A stretch of DNA of 62,983 nt, counting the filler, from Octopus bimaculoides (lineage: Eukaryota): NCBI RefSeq assembly GCF_001194135.2. It is 9 parts of 9 records of this genome, joined end to end, with 100 filler letters (N's around TTAATTAATTAA, not from the genome) between each part and the next. Parts side by side here need not be neighbours in the genome. Positions count along the whole stretch, not along the records: positions 29,527 to 39,664 come from NC_068993.1; positions 39,765 to 52,135 come from NC_068987.1; 7 more parts are not named here. The stretch is one strand, 5' to 3'. Below the pieces are notes generated by a model. That model was not told the DNA's origin. It did not search any database and was given only the letters and a program-made list of their open reading frames with translations. Positions 38,175 through 50,953 of this stretch are shown here, piece by piece. How positions within the stretch are numbered: position 1 is the first letter of the stretch; every line of letters starts with the position of its first letter. The translations under genes were made by a program, and so were the position numbers.

Positions 38175-38634
38175 GGGAGAGAAAGCTCGTTAGAGTACCA
38201 AAACGTTCTACATTTTTTTGTTTTTTTCTTTGTTTTTTTATGTTTTTGCCCCATTCACGAACCGCTGTCTTGAGTGAAGGGGTCTGATGTGATTGTGTTT
38301 GTGGCGATCACGGATGAAATTTGGATGAGAGATTTGAATTTGTCAGTCGAAGCAGCCCAAAATGTTGTACGGTCGCTTTATTGCACTTAGTCTTTGTCGT
38401 TAATTTTCACCTGCACACACACCCACAAATACACACTTACATGCACATATATTATACACACATAAGTAAATATATGCAAATATACACGTATATTGCTTCT
38501 TGGTTCCGAAAAAGAACTATGCTCGAAATGTAAAACAACCATTCTCCTTCTCTGAGCTTCTTATTAATACTTTACATTTGCTACTTCCTCACGTTGTTTT
38601 TTTTTCTTGTCTTTCGCACCGTTTTTTAATTAAC

Positions 38635-38689
<55 letters not shown>

Positions 38690-39347
38690 TCTTTTATTCT
38701 TCTACTTGTTTCAGTCATTTGACTGTGGCCATGCTGAAGCACCACCTTTAGTCGAACAAATCGACCCCAGGACTTATGTATGTATATACGACCTTACTAA
38801 CACACATACATACACTTCATATCACTGTTTCTATTTGTTATTTGCTATTACACTCCGTCAAACTCCCTCCACCACCCGTTTTGTTTTATGCTTTCTTAAA
38901 ACAACCCCCAACGGTCAACCTTGTAGCAAGAGAAGAAACTGTCGTAGTATACTAAATACCTACTGTATTCTATATAAAAGATTGCGTCGTATGGTTCTAC
39001 TACTGCTTCTCCACGAAAATCTGAGATCCTTGGCATCTTCCATTCATACTCTCCTACTTGTTATTTTTGTTGTTTATCTCCGTCATCTTTGCTGTCGCTT
39101 TTGTTGTTGTCGCTATTGGTGTTGTTGTAATATGATGCCGTCTGCCAAGTGTTCCAGCCACTCACCTTCCCTATTTACATTTTCAGTTTTCACTGTGATA
39201 TCGAAACGTACTTACATAAACACAAGCACAAACATACGTCAACACACATACATAAACACATACGCACATACACATGTGTTTATATATCTGTAGACATATA
39301 TGTGTGCATATATACATACGTGTGTACATATATATATATATATAGGA

Positions 39348-39658
39348 GCACTGCGTCGGTTACGACGACGAGGATTCCTGCTGATACGATCAACGGAACG
39401 GCTTGCACGTGAAATTAACGTGCAAGTAGCTGAGCACGCCACAGACACGTGTACCCTTAACGTAGTTCTCAAAGAAATTCAGCGTGACACAGAGTGTTAC
39501 AAGGCCAGCCCTTTGAAATACAGGTACTACTCATTTTTGCCGGTTGAGTGGACTGGAGCAACGTGAAATAAAGTGCCTTGCTCAAAGTCACAACGCATCG
39601 CCAGGAATTGAACTCATGACCTTACGAATGTCCTAACCACTAAGCCACACGCCTTTAC
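39348..39658 (-). mobile_element. SINE with a family C tail but a different tRNA-like head
   Basis: The tail matches 41330-41495. The head ggcgtgtggcttagtggttagg...gagttcaattcc differs. Confidence 0.85.
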
Positions 39659-40392
39659 TATATANNNNNNNNNNNNNNNNNNNNNNNNNNNNNNNNNNNN
39701 NNNNNNNNTTAATTAATTAANNNNNNNNNNNNNNNNNNNNNNNNNNNNNNNNNNNNNNNNNNNNATATACACATACATACATACATGCATTAGCCTCAGG
39801 ATGTGTGAGTCCATGCGCGCGCGTGTGTGCACTCATACTTTCCATCTATTACTCATCTACTTGTTCTAGGCACTGTGCTGTCACAATGGATGGGCGGTGG
39901 AAATTGATGAACGAGTTGAAAAGTCGCAAGTGATGAAGGTTATGTTCTTTCTGTACCTAACCACACCTCTACATACGCTTGCACCTCCGTGCCTCTTTGT
40001 ATGTCTCATACAAATTACGTGACAGCGTTTATACATACACATCTGCTAACCGTTAATTTTTTTTTTTAAATTCGCTGTATTACAAGTTACTTTTGCATCT
40101 GTTATTTAATTATTCATCTTCTATATAAATAAGAATATCCTGTAATTTCCTACTTTATTTCACAAGAACTGAGAGAATACATTGCGAAACTGTTATTTTA
40201 ACCAGTTGTATCTGTTTATAACCGGAAGACACCAATCTGCACCAGCACATGCTTCTGAACTAGTATGCAAGTATCCCACCCGTGAGCGATCGATATGCTA
40301 GATGTATCAAAACAATTGCGGTGATTAATAAAATCTCTCGTATCTTCAATGTGCCATCTAATATATATATGTGTGTGTGGGTGTGTGTGTGT

Positions 40393-40431
<39 letters not shown>

Positions 40432-40549
40432 TATATATATATATATATATATATNNNNNNNNNNNNNNNNNNNNNNNNNNNNNNNNNNNNNNNNNNNNNN
40501 NNNNNNNNNNNNNNNNNNNNNNNNNNNNNNNNNNNNNNTATAAATATAT

Positions 40550-40862
40550 AATTTAAATGTAGGATGAAATCTTTATAAGAATTTATCAAGTAGTTAGCGT
40601 GAAAATACCTCATAAGGGAAAAATTTATTAACTATTTCCTAAAGATATATTTATTTATATTAAGGGTGTTCGGTAAAATGTGTTTATTATGGTAGTTTTG
40701 ACTTTACGTGTCCCTCCTAGCGTGAGGCATTTATGTATAGTAGTGCCCTTAATATATATAAATATATTTATAGGGAATAATTAATATATTTTTCCCTTAT
40801 GAGGTTTTTTCACGCTAACTACTTGATAAATTGTTATAACGATTTTATCCTATATTTAAATT
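40550..40862. mobile_element. AT-rich foldback/MITE-like element with inverted arms of about 115 bp
   Basis: 40550-40666 versus 40746-40862, including an exact block aatttatcaagtagttagcgtgaaaa. The left end abuts a gap. Confidence 0.75.
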
Positions 40863-41113
40863 GTAAATTTAACCAGAATATATTCAGTCCTGACAATTCG
40901 AAAAGTCCGCTTCTTACATAGATATATAGGTATAAGCAAGTTATATGTACTATGCTGGATACATATCGTGAACAAGGATTACGTGAACATAAAGTGAAAG
41001 AGAATAGAAAAGCTTTAGTGGCTAGTGGTCAATATATATATATACATATGTGTGTGTGTGTTTGTCCGTGTGTGTATGTGTGTGTATGTATGTATGTATG
41101 TATGTATATACGT

Positions 41114-41495
41114 GGAGGCGCAATGGCCCAGTGGTTAGGGCAGCGCACTCGCGGTCATAGGATCGCGGTTTCGATTCCCAGACCGGGCGTCGTGTGTGTT
41201 TGTTTGAGCGAAAACACCTAAAGTTCCACGAGGCTCGGGCAAGGTATTGTGGCGAACCCTGCCGTTCTCTTTCACCACATCTTTCTCTCAGTCTTATTTT
41301 TCTGTTTCTGTTGTGCCTGTAATTCAAAGGGTTAGCCTTGTCACACTGTGTCACGCTCAATATCCTCGAGAACTACGTTAAGGGTACACGTGTCTGTGGA
41401 GTGCTCAGTCACTTGCACGTTAATTTCACGAGCAGGCTGTTCCGTTGATCGGATTAACTGGAACCCTCGACGTCGTAAGCGACGGAGTGCCAACA
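41114..41495 (+). mobile_element. SINE family C, full length
   Basis: tRNA-like head and a tail ending in (CA)n. Confidence 0.92.
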
Positions 41496-41496
41496 C

Positions 41497-41529
<33 letters not shown>

Positions 41530-43085
41530 TCCCCACACAAATATGTGTGTGTAAGTGCATGTATATTATTCAGCGCACATATGTCTATGTATATTAGATA
41601 AGTGCTAAAATATTTAATAGAAATAAAATTCGCTCTGTTTTAATTTGAATGACAATATCGCATATTTTAATTTTCTCTTACCATATTTTAATATATTCAT
41701 TGATGAAGATCTAATTATTATTTTTATTATTTAGTGCTAATATATTTTCAACCCAAGAGATTCTACTAATCATTATTGTCACACTATCAGTGGCAAAATT
41801 CAAATATTTGTTTAACAAAAAAGTATACATTTTACTAATTATCATGACAGTAGAATTGTATTAACAACTTTAATTGGATACGTTGTGGAAAGAAACCATT
41901 ATCTTCAATTCTACGCCAATGTGTTTAAAGATTTCGTCCTACTGAAGTATCAGAATCATGAAACTAAAATACTTTTTATTTAAAAAGTTGGTTACAAACT
42001 TATTTGAAGTTCAAACTTTGGCCATCGCGATGTTAGTAACGAAAGTTCACGTAGTGTATTTTCACGAAAATGCTATTTATATCTTTGGGGTGGTCATCTC
42101 TTATTGTTACGGCTATGTATCTCTTTTATATATACCTACATGCCAGCATAGAAACGTGAGTATGTACGTACTGTAAACATATTGAATTGGCTCTTCCTAT
42201 TGCGTCGGTTTCAAATTTTGGCATAATGCCAGCCCTTCGGGCTACGGTTAACTCGTTTACATCTACCACAGTAGTCAACTGGTTCATCTTTTATCGAGCT
42301 CGAAAGGATGGGAAGCAGTGTCGACCTCATCCGAGTTTGAACGTAGAATTTACATACGGACGAAATGCCGCTGATAATTTTGCCGTCGGGCCAACGATTC
42401 AGTCAGCTCCTCGCCTTAAGAATTTTTATAATATCGCCTATCAAGATGAAATGTGATGATGATATGAATTCGACGAATATTTTAGTTATTTATATATGAC
42501 TCAACACCATGTTCATGGGTTGTGTTTTTCACTGGTTTTATTTGTTTATTTGATATCTCAATGTTCCCTCTACAGCGCCCAGAAATTAAATTAACTGCTG
42601 CTGCAAAATTACTTATATTTTCTGTTTAATAATTTCTTCGACGAAATTAAGATTTTGTTTGTATATTATAGCCCCGCACCCGTTGCCTCACAGAATCTAC
42701 GTCACACGGTCTCTTAAACTCTCATTCGCCATCTGCTGTATATAATGGTGTCAGAAACACATACATAGACTAATATAAAATATATTGATACCTATTGATA
42801 ACAAGAATGCTTAACTCATTTTCTGGCACACTTTCCCATCAAAACATATTTTATTTGCACGTTTCCAAAAGTATCCCTTTTCATATTTTATGCCTATGCG
42901 TGCCGCATTCACTTGTTTATATATTGGACTATGCACTCCATTTAGCCCTTTGGTCAATGGTTATTTAATACCCCACCTACTAGACGCACATACGTATGTC
43001 TTTGAGTGTGTGTGAGTGTGTGTATGTGTGTGTATGTGTGTGTGTGTGTGTGTGTGCATATATATGTATATATATATAATTAGAG

Positions 43086-43128
<43 letters not shown>

Positions 43129-43138
43129 NNNNNNNNNN

Positions 43139-43178
<40 letters not shown>

Positions 43179-43199
43179 TGAAGGAGAAAGCATAAATAA

Positions 43200-43631
43200 T
43201 TGCGGTGCATAATACTGGTAGATTATCTGCATTCTTTAACTCAAGAGACAGCGGTAAAGCATCGAGCAATAACAAAATTTTTAATGATAGCAACGGCACA
43301 CTTAAATTTAAAAAAAGATAGTCTACCAGAAAGGACCCCATATACCAAGTTTACTCGCAACGATATGGAAACGATCAACCAAGTAGATATAGGCATTGGA
43401 GGGGAGCCAGCTGTTACTATTCCTAAAGTTAGTGAACAGGGTACAGTCGCTGGCAGAGGTTATAGCGAGAAAAGCCGAAATGATAGCCGAAATATAAACA
43501 GCAATACATCCGTACATATGGAAAGAGTGAGGATATCTAATTCTGGTCCCATTAATATAGGTAGGGTTAGTAACGTAATAAATCAAAACAAAATCTGTCC
43601 TTTATATACGAATGTAATAGCGACAATTTAG
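43200..43631 (+). CDS. 143-codon non-repetitive ORF of unknown function, with a RHIM-like segment near the C-terminus
   Basis: Long open frame in AT-rich DNA. It has no ATG start until codon 29 and the splice sites are ambiguous. Confidence 0.3.
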   Translation: MRCIILVDYLHSLTQETAVKHRAITKFLMIATAHLNLKKDSLPERTPYTKFTRNDMETINQVDIGIGGEPAVTIPKVSEQGTVAGRGYSEKSRNDSRNINSNTSVHMERVRISNSGPINIGRVSNVINQNKICPLYTNVIATI

Positions 43632-45561
43632 TATACACCAGTGGGGTAGAGCTACATTTCTCCCTCCTCGACAAAATAAATGGCGAGACTGACAAATGAT
43701 CGAATTTCATTTAAGGATAGAGAGAAGATGCATAACACGAGCCTGAGTGGGTCTCAAATACAGAGAAACGCTAACTTTATTATGGAATGCGAAAACTTAA
43801 GCATGGCTGAATCTTATGTAATCGGAGGAAAACGATGATGAAATTTGTGCAGAGAGGAAATATTCTATATTTTCACAGCTACACACCCGTTTTTAAACAG
43901 GAAACAAAAACAATCCTCAAGATGTTGGCACCTACATACAAGGACTGCCAAATATTTCCATGCAAATGACATATAATTTAGTAACTGTTCAATTGTGATA
44001 TTTGACTTGACTTTCAAGAAGCAATAACTATTTTCGTTTAATTAAACTAGCTAATACCTCTTGCATCACCTATAGGATGAAAAACATGCATGTAATCTGT
44101 AACTTGGTTTATACAAGGAAAACTTCGAATTGGCGTCAGACATAAGATCTTTCTAACTCATATATTTAATTTCATCTGATTTAATAGCCAACAACAGTAC
44201 ATAATATCAGAAGATCACAAACTCATAGAACACCTAGTGTTGAGAAAATACACTTTGATCAACTTCAAGATCTAGGACTCTCGTATAGAACTGAATCATA
44301 CAATCGGATTAAGTTTAATCATCTAGTAGTTTATAAAGCTAATCCAAGTCATTAAATGCATGCACCCACACACATTTCTCTCAAAACACTATAATAACCT
44401 AGCAAAATAAGGCAAGCCAAATCAACTTTTAGAGACCTCTTGTAGTATCTACAATGATCACTCTTTTCATTTCTATTATTTTGTACATAAATATTGTGTA
44501 ATTAACAATGAACTGTAGGAACCCAAAAATATATGAATTTGGTTAAGACCGTAACAATATAGTTTTCAATGTTTTGTATAGCAGCTGATATGGTATGAGT
44601 TGTGGTGTGATTTTTCTAAGGGTTGTTCACAAACCCGAGAATATTTTCATTTGGTGATTATCTTGATTTTTTGCTTTCAATAAATAATATAAAAAGTCGT
44701 TTACATTCATATTTAATACACAAAGAGGATTTAGAGTAGTTAATCTAATTTATTCCTATTTACGCTTTGTAGAGTATAATATGTTCATATATATATAAAT
44801 ATATGTATATATATGGGGAAACACATACATAGACACACTGATACACTCCCATATATGCATACTAATGTGTGCCTCTTTGTATGTGTCTGTACGTTCTTAT
44901 CAGATATCTTTTTAGAATGCTTGGAGCATATATTTAGGAAATAGATAACAAACATACTATCTATAAATATATCCTAATCTTTCTATATTAAATTAAAATC
45001 GTCATTGGATTACAAATTATACAATGTTGAAAATATATTCACCAGAATTATCATGAATGTCTTCTTAAAGAACATTATCTGTAATTTAAAATTCTTCTTT
45101 CCTAATCACTTCAGTGAATATTTTGGGATTTTCTTTCGCTAACTACATCCTGTGCTACTCATAATCACAATTCTTTTGAAATGAAAATGCAAGTAATTAC
45201 TCTTCAAATTCACGTTAAAATGCTTTAGAGATAAATAAATGTAGTCTATAGAGAAATACAAATGAGTTGAATCTTATCATTCTTTATTTTCGACTTGCAG
45301 AATAAAAATAATACTTAGTAACACAATAACTACTTCCTTGTTTATAAGAACTGTACGTACCTGGATTTGCAGCATGTTTTACATAACAATAAATTTGAGT
45401 TCATTTGCTAACTAGAAATGTATGTGAAATATATATGGATACATTTTGTTTTAGTTCAATTATGAGTAGAAAATGAGAGAAAAACTTGCCAATGTTTAAG
45501 CATGATGGCATTGCTTGAAATAACTCAAAAATGTAGGCGTTACCCACAATTTTTATATTTA

Positions 45562-46779
45562 TCAGGTTGAGTAAAATGTAAGCAACGTTTTGAACCATGA
45601 AGAATTTGAACTGGTGTTTTGCAAACTTTTAAAATTTTCTTAAACAACATTTTGCATTTGTCTGATAATGTAGAAATAGATTTGTTCAAATTCAAATGCA
45701 TCAATAAATTAACATTGATATGTTTTTCACAGCTGTTACAATCATCTGAAATGGAACTGTCAAAGCGCGATATTCGAGCAATTTTGCTATTCAACTTAAA
45801 AGAAGGACGTAAAGAAGATGAAACCGCTCGCGATACACAGGAAATATCTGGTAAGGAAATTACCAGTAAGTGGTCAGCTCGAAAATAGTTTAAACGATTT
45901 TGCAGAGGAAATCTGAGACTGCGCGTAGTGGGCGCCCATCTGTCATCGATGACGGTCGATTACAAAATGTCATTTAGAAAGATCCACGGAAAATCACTCG
46001 CGATCTGGCAAAAGAACTCAGGTTAGCCAGANNNNNNNNNNTTTTGATGAAAATCAGAAAATGTGCAGGTTTGAAATTCGCGCGTCGCTTCTTCTCCGTA
46101 ACCACATCGATCTATTTCTCGACCGTTTGGAACTTGCGATGAAAGGTATATTCTGTACAATAGGAAAAATCGTTCTTCGCAGTGGCTGGACCAAAATGAA
46201 GCCCCGAAAACGTTGCCTAAACTAGAGATCTTCAAAAAGAAGGTTTTAGTGATTGTTTGGTGACATACTGCTGGACTCATCCATTATAACTTCTTGAAAC
46301 CCGGAAAAACCGTTACTGCAGAAACATATTTCCATGAAATTGCCAAAATAAAAGAAAAACTGCTACTTCTCCGACCCAGACTGGTCAACAGAAGGGGCCA
46401 ATCTTCATGGCAATGCTCAACCACACGATTCACTCATGACGCTCCAGAAGTTGAGGGAACATGGCTACGAAGTTCCTCACCAACAAGCTTACTCCTCTTT
46501 CTACCGACTAGCATACCACTTTTCAAGCATAGTGAGGGTTCCTTTGCGACAAAAGGAGTTTTTTAAAAATCACACTGATGCTGAAAGTGCTTTCAAAGAT
46601 TTCATTAGCTCCAGAAATCCAGGTTTGTATGTCTCAGGAATAAACAAACTTGTATCTCGTTGGCAAAAATATGTTGATTTTAATGTTACGTACTTTGATG
46701 AATAAAATCTCTGCATTGTTGTTAAATATTGTGATGAATTTCAATTTCCAAAATGTTGCTTACTTTTTACTCAAACTGA
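45562..46779 (+). mobile_element. Mariner DD34D transposon, full length, pseudogenised
   Basis: TIRs of about 30 bp (TCAGGTTGAGTAAAATGTAAGCAACGTTTT versus TCAGTTTGAGTAAAAAGTAAGCAACATTTT) with TA on both sides. Peptides MELSKRDIRAILL, TCDERYILY, LKPGKTVTAETY and GINKLVSRWQKYVD. Confidence 0.93.
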
Positions 46780-47350
46780 TATTTTAAGGAATTTCATGGA
46801 AGTTTTCTTTAGCCACGTGTGCAAATCCAATTATGTTGCGATTATGTATGTGGGTCATGAGTCAATAATTAGATCGATCTCTGTAAAAGAATGTGATAAC
46901 ATGCAACTCTAAGAGGTACAAGAACGCAAGTTACTTGTTTAATACCAACACATATATGGAGTTGGATTTATTCAGATTAATATATGAGGGTAATTTGCTG
47001 ATAATTAGTGAAAATAGAGCGATGAAATGACTTACCGATACCATACATTTTACATATAGAGTTTCACTTGTATAGAAGCAGAAACATTATAGCCGTGTAT
47101 ATTTACGCTGTGGGCATAAACGAAAACAGGGTATTTCATTGTAATCATTCTTATTTGTCACTTTGTCTTTGATTTTGAAAACTTACTGGAAAAGTGCGAA
47201 ACGGACTTTCACCAAATTCGGCATAAATACTCATTGGGTGAGTGGCTCGAAATGTTAAAATTTCGGTTTGGTTATCTTCAAACATGCATAAATACAAACA
47301 TTAATATGCGATTGTATGTGTGTGTTCATATGCGTGTGTGTGTGTACGTG

Positions 47351-47412
<62 letters not shown>

Positions 47413-49240
47413 GTGTGTGTGTGCAGTGATGCATTCGAGGGTTTCATTTATTTACGAGTTGATTTCTTAATTTCATCGGAGTATAAATACCTCCCATAAT
47501 GATACTTGAAAAAATAAATGGAATAATTCAGTTCAGTTAAAGAAACATGGGTAAGCAACGCAATGTACGCCACACGATACTTTGCGAAAGAAATGATCTG
47601 CCTTCAAGGTATGCATTGCATTCCCTACCCCATGCCTTTGTTTTTTTACATTTTTAATTTTATCTTTTATTTATTTCATGCATTGGAATGCAGCTATACT
47701 AGGACACTGCTGTGTAGCGTTTTAGTTGGACAGATAAACCCCTGTATTTATTTTATAGATTGGTATCATGTCTAAAGCTTCTATTGCCAAACTGCTAACG
47801 TACTGTATTTTCTCAACAAAACAAAAGTACTGCATTCATATAAACGATATGTGCATGGCAATACCAGTATATATCCACAATATTTCTTATGAGTGTCTTT
47901 GTTATATATGATACAGACCAGAGTTTTCAGTATAATATTTTAAAGGAAAACCTTGACACCACTGTCTAGGTATCTTCGAGGCAATATAAGATCTATGCTC
48001 AGGATCGTTGCTATTCAAATCTTCAGCTAATATAGCGGCAAATGCAAGTAGTTGAATCACCGAATTCCTTATGAACTATTGAAACTTAGTTCCAGAAGGA
48101 CGACGTTTGCTTATAAAAGTCTTGATAATATAGGTAATTTTATTCTTTGAAACGAGTAAATATTTTCGGTGATAAATTTTACCTGCAGTTAGTTCGGGTT
48201 AATCAAGGTGTAATTAATGAGGTCTGGCTATTTTGTGAATTACCCGACATGGCAAGCCACCTTATTCATCTAAGTGACTTATGCGAGACATCCTGAGCAC
48301 TTGCAAACATAATTGCTGATTCTGTATGTTCATGAGTGTTTCCAACATTTTGTGATCAAAGGGTTTTTCAGTAGAATTATGGAGGTATAACGAGAGATTA
48401 TATTAAAATACATTGGGTATCCTCATATAACTGAGAATACTTTCATTCCTCACAGAAACATAGCCAATAGAACTTACATGGAGTGGTGCGGAATAAAGTA
48501 ATTCCCAATTGGGTGCAGTAGTGCTACCAATAAAATTTGGTACGCCAACAACATGTTGCTCTATCTAAATCTGAAATGTTTTGGAAATATAATAGATAAG
48601 GGAGTAAACTGACGCAAAATAGCATTACTATTAATCAGCTATAATTTAGAATACAGTAAAAAATAATAAGACCCAAACAGCATCTGATAAACTGTTAACA
48701 AAAATATTTCAGCTTTCTAATTTTCGAAAGAGAAACTAGATCTTCTGTCGAGATAATAGTACATTAAATTCTATGTACAATTCATCGGCTTCATACAATA
48801 TCGAAAGTGCGTAACATTGCCATATTGAGAAAGGTGCATCCAGTATAATCAGCAAACTATTTGAATAAACACTCATGATGTTTAATCTCTACAATGTTGT
48901 GAATTTATAAGTCACTTACACGAATACGTTGGCTTGCAATATAAATCCATTGCATTATTACAGAAAACTTTATCCAAAAAGCCTGAAAGCATAGACTGCG
49001 TTGTATCTGTATTAAAGGCTAGTCGCTCATCCGCTATTTATTGGAAAGTGAAAGAAAGTGGAATAGGATGAATACTTAATGCGACTGTTACGTTCAGCAA
49101 AAAAAAAAATATATATATATATATATATTTTAGATGGTAAAATATAGGGGTCACAATTTCATGGCGGTAAAAATTTAATGCAACATGGCATACACTGAAA
49201 ACCGCTTGTTTGGTAAGACATTTCAATTTGCATGCACCTT

Positions 49241-49450
49241 TCAATCCAGTGCTTTTTTGCAGACTATGTTCTTCGTATAAGCTCTTCTACTTCTTTTCCC
49301 TTGTTTGACAGTGTTGACAGCTTTAAATCTCACATGAGATAATCTGCGAACACTTGTGAATGCAACATATAGCTGACCATGACCGAATACAGGTTCAGGC
49401 AAGAACGGCCTCAGTTTATCAAATGTCTGCCCTTTTGATTTATTGGGATT
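49241..49450 (-). pseudogene. Helitron Pif1-like helicase C-terminal fragment
   Basis: NKSKGQTFDKLRPFLPEPVFGHGQLYVAFTSVRR...YTKNIVCKKALD* matches the INKSQGQT...VFSHGQLYVAFSRV motif. Confidence 0.9.
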
Positions 49451-50884
49451 TATCTCATTCAAAAGTGAATGGTAAATTTGCGATGTGCATGCAGTAAGTG
49501 ACAGGTGATATAAAACAATTAGTTCAATAAAAAAATTACTTTTCACTTTGCACTCAACACCACCACCACCATTACCATCATCTATCTCCCTTTCTCTCTC
49601 TCTAACTCTCTTTAATCTCACTGTCAGAACATCACTCCTTTTGCTAAAATTGTATTCCTATCACTTCTCTATATCACTACCTTCCACTTATATATTTTAA
49701 CTTCAGTATAAATATTACATTCCCCCTACCACGTCATGGATGCTTCTTTCCCTCCTTTCTCTATCCTTTTATTTTCACTTGCCCTCGCATTCCATTTCAC
49801 TAATCACATGAAAGCGTTACAATTACGTTCCCTCTGCCTCGTGTCATCGTCTCTTCTCTCACCCTCATTTTCTCTCTCCCCTTTTACTCTACTCACGTGA
49901 CGGGCTACGTAACCTAAAGAGAAGCAAAATTATTATAAGATTATTAGACATCTTAATGATGAAGTTTGTTGGAGTTAATGATGATTTTAATCAGTGATAC
50001 AGAGATTGAAGTTTAGAGGTGGAGCGCGGCAGCCTCGCAGAATAAAGCATGCAGCATAAATTTTATCTAAATTGATATACTGAAAATATAAAGAAAAACA
50101 AAAACGAAAATAAGATTTATGTTTGTAGCAAGAAGGCAGTCATAATTATATTACACGGCGCATTTTACTATATCAAACGGTACCACATCTAATAATCCTC
50201 CACCTCACTATTACATTATTACATGATAAAAAAATAAAATATACAAAAAAGCTTGACCTAGAATATCCCAAAAGAGTGGTTATTCTACAATTCACATCAT
50301 GGGCAATCGTTGCTTTAAAGTTTCACCAATTTGATGATTTCAGAACTCTTAATAGCACTGTAACATTTTTGATACAAACAGAAGCAAGGAAATTTGCAGT
50401 GTACATAAACACAGGGACCGTGATATATGTAACTATATATCTATTCATAGGTATAATTATATATATATATATATATGTATATNNNNNNNNNNNNNNNNNN
50501 NNNNNNNNNNNNNNNNNNNNNNNNNNNNNNNNNNNNNNNNNNNNNNNNNNNNNNNNNNNNNNNNNNNNNNNNNNNNNNNNNNNNNNNNNNNNNNNNNNNN
50601 NNNNNNNNNNNNNNNNNNNNNNNNNNNNNNNNNNNNNNNNNNNNNNNNNNNNNNNNNNNNNNNNNNNNNNNNNNNNNNNNNNNNNNNNNNNNNNNNNNNN
50701 NNNNNNNNNNNNNNNNNNNNNNNNNNNNNNNNNNNNNNNNNNNNNNNNNNNNNNNNNNNNNNNNNNNNNNNNNNNNNNNNNNNNNNNNNNNNNNNNNNNN
50801 NNNNNNNNNNNNNNNNNNNNNNNAGTGAAGAATTTCACTGGAAAAGAAGATATAAGATTGCCAGGTTTTTGTCTCTCTCGCCAA

Positions 50885-50953
50885 GGTCAGCAGCTATCGA
50901 ACGCCGACGAAGGGAAATAACCCTGAAATCCGGATCCGTTCGTGCTGCAGATC
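50885..50953 (+). ncRNA. Near-intact minimal type-I hammerhead ribozyme
   Basis: Stem I CGAACG/CGUUCG extended by GCAGC/GCUGC and GGUC/GAUC; core CCGACGA (U4 to C); stem II AGGG/CCCU; GAAA; palindromic stem III AUCCGGAU; AUC triplet with predicted cleavage after 50936. Confidence 0.8.

Noticed and set aside
47035-47190. Strong minus-strand acceptor and gtaagt donor pair
   Set aside because: All three frames contain stops; at most a non-coding exon and not supportable.
50276-50480. Protein-looking ORF VILQFTSWAIVALKFHQF...
   Set aside because: No acceptor, it runs into a microsatellite and gap, and the antisense candidate exon has stops in all frames.
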